DNA of 64,000 nucleotides from Puniceicoccales bacterium (GTDB lineage Bacteria; Verrucomicrobiota; Verrucomicrobiia; Opitutales; JAIRLM01): NCBI GenBank assembly GCA_031282835.1, contig JAITCU010000028.1, positions 10,430 to 74,429 of the forward strand, read 5' to 3'. Shown piece by piece: positions 61,634 to 64,000 of this stretch (position 1 is its first letter; each line of letters starts with the position of its first letter). The notes under the pieces were generated by a model. It saw only the letters and a program-made list of their open reading frames with translations, ran no database searches and was not told where the DNA came from. The position numbers and the translations under genes were made by a program.

Positions 61634-63397
61634 TTACATTCTTTCTAGCGCATTAATTCCCAGAAGATTAAGTCCGGAACGGAGAATGGCACGTGTGCGG
61701 GCGCAGAGGGATAGGCGACTGAAAAGGGTTTGCTGATCCGCATCCAAAACCTTGGTGCTATTATAAAAAGTGGAAAAGACCCCAGCGAGTTCGTATATGT
61801 AGGTGCAAATGAAGTGCGGACGCAAATCGGCCAATGCCTGGCGCAATACACATGGATAGAACAGAAGCTTGCGAGCGAGGGCGATTTCCTGGGGTTCTTG
61901 CAGGTGGATTTTATGGGATTTTCCCAGCGCATGGGGATCAACATTTGCCCGGCGGAATATGGCGTGTAGGCGAGCAACGGCGTACTGGAGATAGGGGGCC
62001 GTGTTGCCCTCCAGGGAAAGCATTTTGTCCCAGGAAAACATGTAATCACTGGTGCGATTTTGCAGAAGGTCGCCGTACTTAATGGCTCCAATGCCGACGG
62101 CACGCGAGATGTGTACCCGTTCCTCCGCGGCTAAATTCGAATCTTTAGAGACAACTATTTCTTCGGCCCGATGTATGGCCTCCGCGAAAAGAGTTTTGAG
62201 CCGGATGGGTTCTCCGGAGCGCGTTTTAATGGCTTTTCCGTCCTCGCCGCACACGGTCCCAAACCAAACATGTTTTAATACGGGAAGCGTGTATCCCTTT
62301 GCAGCGAACCAGCGTTCCACGGTGAGGAACAATTGCTGAAAATGGTCCCGTTGACGGCCGTCTGTGACGTAGATGATTTCGTTGCAATGCCATTCCTCCC
62401 GGCGGTAAAGCACGGTCGCTAGGTCCGTTGTGGCGTAGTTGGATGCCCCGTCACGCTTGCGGACGATAAATGGCTGTTGGTCAAAGCGCGGATGGTCCCG
62501 GTGAAATACAACAAGCGCCCCTTCGTCAGCTTCGGCAATGCCACATTGGGAAAGCTCGTCATAGACCCGATTTACCCTGTTGCGGTAAAAGGACTCGCCC
62601 AGCACGTGGTCGAATTTGACCCCGGCGAGGTCGTAAATTTCTTGAAACGATGCATAGGAGACGGCGTTGATCCACTTCCAGGTGGCGATGCGCTCTGGAT
62701 CTCCGTTTTGTAGCGCAACCAATTCCGCCCGGGCCCGCTCCATGGCGTCATCCGAGGCCTGCGTCGCCTGGGTACCGCGCCGGTAGACAGTTTCCAAGCA
62801 TTCGAGGGTTTCGTCCGGCGACAGATTTTCCCACGAAATTTTTTCCTCGCGCAGCTGCATGAGCAGGATGCCGAACTGGGTTCCCCAGTCGCCCAGGTGA
62901 TTATCCCGGATGACGTCGGCGCCGAAAAAATCGAGCAGGCGGGCGATGGCGTCGCCGATTACCATGGAGCGCAGGTGTCCCACGTGCATCTGCTTGGCCG
63001 TGTTGGGACAGGAATAATCCACGACGATGGTTTTACCCGACAGGTCTCCGGTGGCGTCGGAAAAATCTTCCTCAGATGTGTAGGTCGCTAGCCAATTCTC
63101 AATTGCGGGGACAGCTATTTTGAAATTAATAAATCCCGCACCGGCCAAGGACAGGTCGCACAAATGTGCGGCATCCGAGGATTGGAGCGCTTCCAAAACC
63201 CGTTCGCCCAGTTGCCGTGGCACCATACCGCTCCGTTTGGCGTGGGCAAAGATACCATTGCATTGGAAATCGCCAAAACGGGGATCGGACGGAAGAATTT
63301 GTGGGTCAAAATCTTCGGAGAGATGGCACCGGGACATGGCGATCTCACGGACCCAGCCGTCAATGAACCGTTGAAAATCAAATGGACACGTCTTCAC
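61634..63397 (-). CDS. argS: Arginyl-tRNA synthetase
   Basis: Class I aaRS with the HIGH motif CPNTAKQMHVGHLRS, core motifs, and a DALR anticodon-binding C-terminus ending ...LGINALERM. The GTG start at 63397..63395 immediately follows the ileS TGA. Confidence 0.95.
   Translation of the reverse strand: MKTCPFDFQRFIDGWVREIAMSRCHLSEDFDPQILPSDPRFGDFQCNGIFAHAKRSGMVPRQLGERVLEALQSSDAAHLCDLSLAGAGFINFKIAVPAIENWLATYTSEEDFSDATGDLSGKTIVVDYSCPNTAKQMHVGHLRSMVIGDAIARLLDFFGADVIRDNHLGDWGTQFGILLMQLREEKISWENLSPDETLECLETVYRRGTQATQASDDAMERARAELVALQNGDPERIATWKWINAVSYASFQEIYDLAGVKFDHVLGESFYRNRVNRVYDELSQCGIAEADEGALVVFHRDHPRFDQQPFIVRKRDGASNYATTDLATVLYRREEWHCNEIIYVTDGRQRDHFQQLFLTVERWFAAKGYTLPVLKHVWFGTVCGEDGKAIKTRSGEPIRLKTLFAEAIHRAEEIVVSKDSNLAAEERVHISRAVGIGAIKYGDLLQNRTSDYMFSWDKMLSLEGNTAPYLQYAVARLHAIFRRANVDPHALGKSHKIHLQEPQEIALARKLLFYPCVLRQALADLRPHFICTYIYELAGVFSTFYNSTKVLDADQQTLFSRLSLCARTRAILRSGLNLLGINALERM
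61901..61993. repeat. 93-nt direct repeat copy B, inside the intact argS
   Basis: See copy A at 60084..60176. Confidence 0.85.
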
Positions 63398-64000
63398 TCA
63401 CTGGTCTCCTTCGAAAACGCGTAAACAGCGCGGACAGTAATGGCCATCCTCCTGCGTTGTTCCGTCCGTAATCCAACGCCAACAGCGGGAACAGCGTTCA
63501 CCCTTTGCCCGTTTTACGGATACGCCTAACATGTCGCCCCCGCCTTCAAGGAATTCGATTTGTGACACGATGAAAATTTCAGCCAAATCGTCCCTGTGCC
63601 GTTCCAGCACACCGCGATCCACGTGATTTTGAGGAATTGACAAGGCCACTGCTGCCTCGAGGGATTTTCCCAGATCCTTCCGCTGCCGGGCCAATTCCAG
63701 TTCCTTGTATACTTCCGCGCGCACGTCCAGCAATCGGTCCACGTCCCCAGCGATTTTTTCATTTCCTGCAAATAGCCCACTTTCCGGCCAGGGGAGTAAA
63801 TGAGCCGATTGGGGCGCGAAATCGCCGTCTGCTTGCAAATGCGCGTAGGCCTCATCGGCGGTAAACGGAATAATGGGCAGCAGCACGGCGATGAGCGCCA
63901 TGAGAATTTCGTGCATGACCGTTTGTGCCGAGCGACGCTCCTTCCAGTTGGCGCCGAAGGTATACAGCCGGTCCTTTAAAATGTCATGGTACGTGGCGGA
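63398..64000 (-). CDS. ileS: Isoleucyl-tRNA synthetase, C-terminal part (gene continues beyond the right edge)
   Basis: The frame is open to position 64000 (...YHDILKDRLYTFGANWKERRSAQTVMHEILMALIAVLLPIIPFTADEAY...). It has a C-terminal zinc ribbon, CSRCWRW....CPRC. Confidence 0.9.
   Translation of the reverse strand, partial: SATYHDILKDRLYTFGANWKERRSAQTVMHEILMALIAVLLPIIPFTADEAYAHLQADGDFAPQSAHLLPWPESGLFAGNEKIAGDVDRLLDVRAEVYKELELARQRKDLGKSLEAAVALSIPQNHVDRGVLERHRDDLAEIFIVSQIEFLEGGGDMLGVSVKRAKGERCSRCWRWITDGTTQEDGHYCPRCLRVFEGDQ

Noticed and set aside
1-64000. CRISPR arrays, rRNA operons, prophage or integrase genes, and toxin-antitoxin or restriction-type defence loci
   Set aside because: Scanning both strands showed no regularly spaced direct repeats, no rRNA-like sequence, no integrase, capsid or terminase motifs and no recognisable defence-gene motifs. 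The only repeats found are the in-frame coding repeats and the argS duplicate reported above.

Overview
The window is about 64 kb of a Gram-negative genome that resembles the PVC superphylum or Chlamydiota. By eye it has moderate GC and is densely coded on both strands. The housekeeping backbone is ligA, comF, accD, priA, a PPi-type pfk, glmM, hisS, trxB, lptB, glgX, an msbA-like ABC exporter, thiamine pyrophosphokinase, a long-form greA, cdsA, lgt, ftsH, argS and the 3' end of ileS, plus tRNA-Arg(CCG) and tRNA-Leu(CAA). Between these genes sit two kinds of accessory content. (1) A contiguous type III secretion (injectisome) operon, sctD-E-F-G-I-J-K-L, at 19268-24344. (2) Eight large or lineage-specific ORFs, about 21.6 kb summed from the ORF coordinates, roughly one third of the window, that look like secreted or host-membrane-inserted effectors. 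They include a 2919-aa giant with a hydrophobic anchor and an embedded P-loop/DEAD NTPase core. Another is an Inc-like protein (paired N-terminal hydrophobic segments) carrying a macrodomain-like C-terminus. A third is an 890-aa protein ending in an HD-type phosphohydrolase signature. There is also a paralogous family sharing an '[IV]L-x-A-x-A-x-x-NCD' motif and an 'LCR[FY]..QGEC' C-terminal module. Several housekeeping proteins have visibly degenerate catalytic or metal-binding motifs: all PriA helicase motifs, the McsB-like kinase Arg/Cys signature, the AccD zinc ribbon and the CdsA signature. There are two decayed IS982/IS5-like transposase remnants. A roughly 91%-identical 93-nt duplicate of the argS 3' region brackets an inserted Inc-like gene. 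I saw no rRNA, CRISPR array or prophage. All product calls rest on motif reading of the supplied translations; no database search was run.
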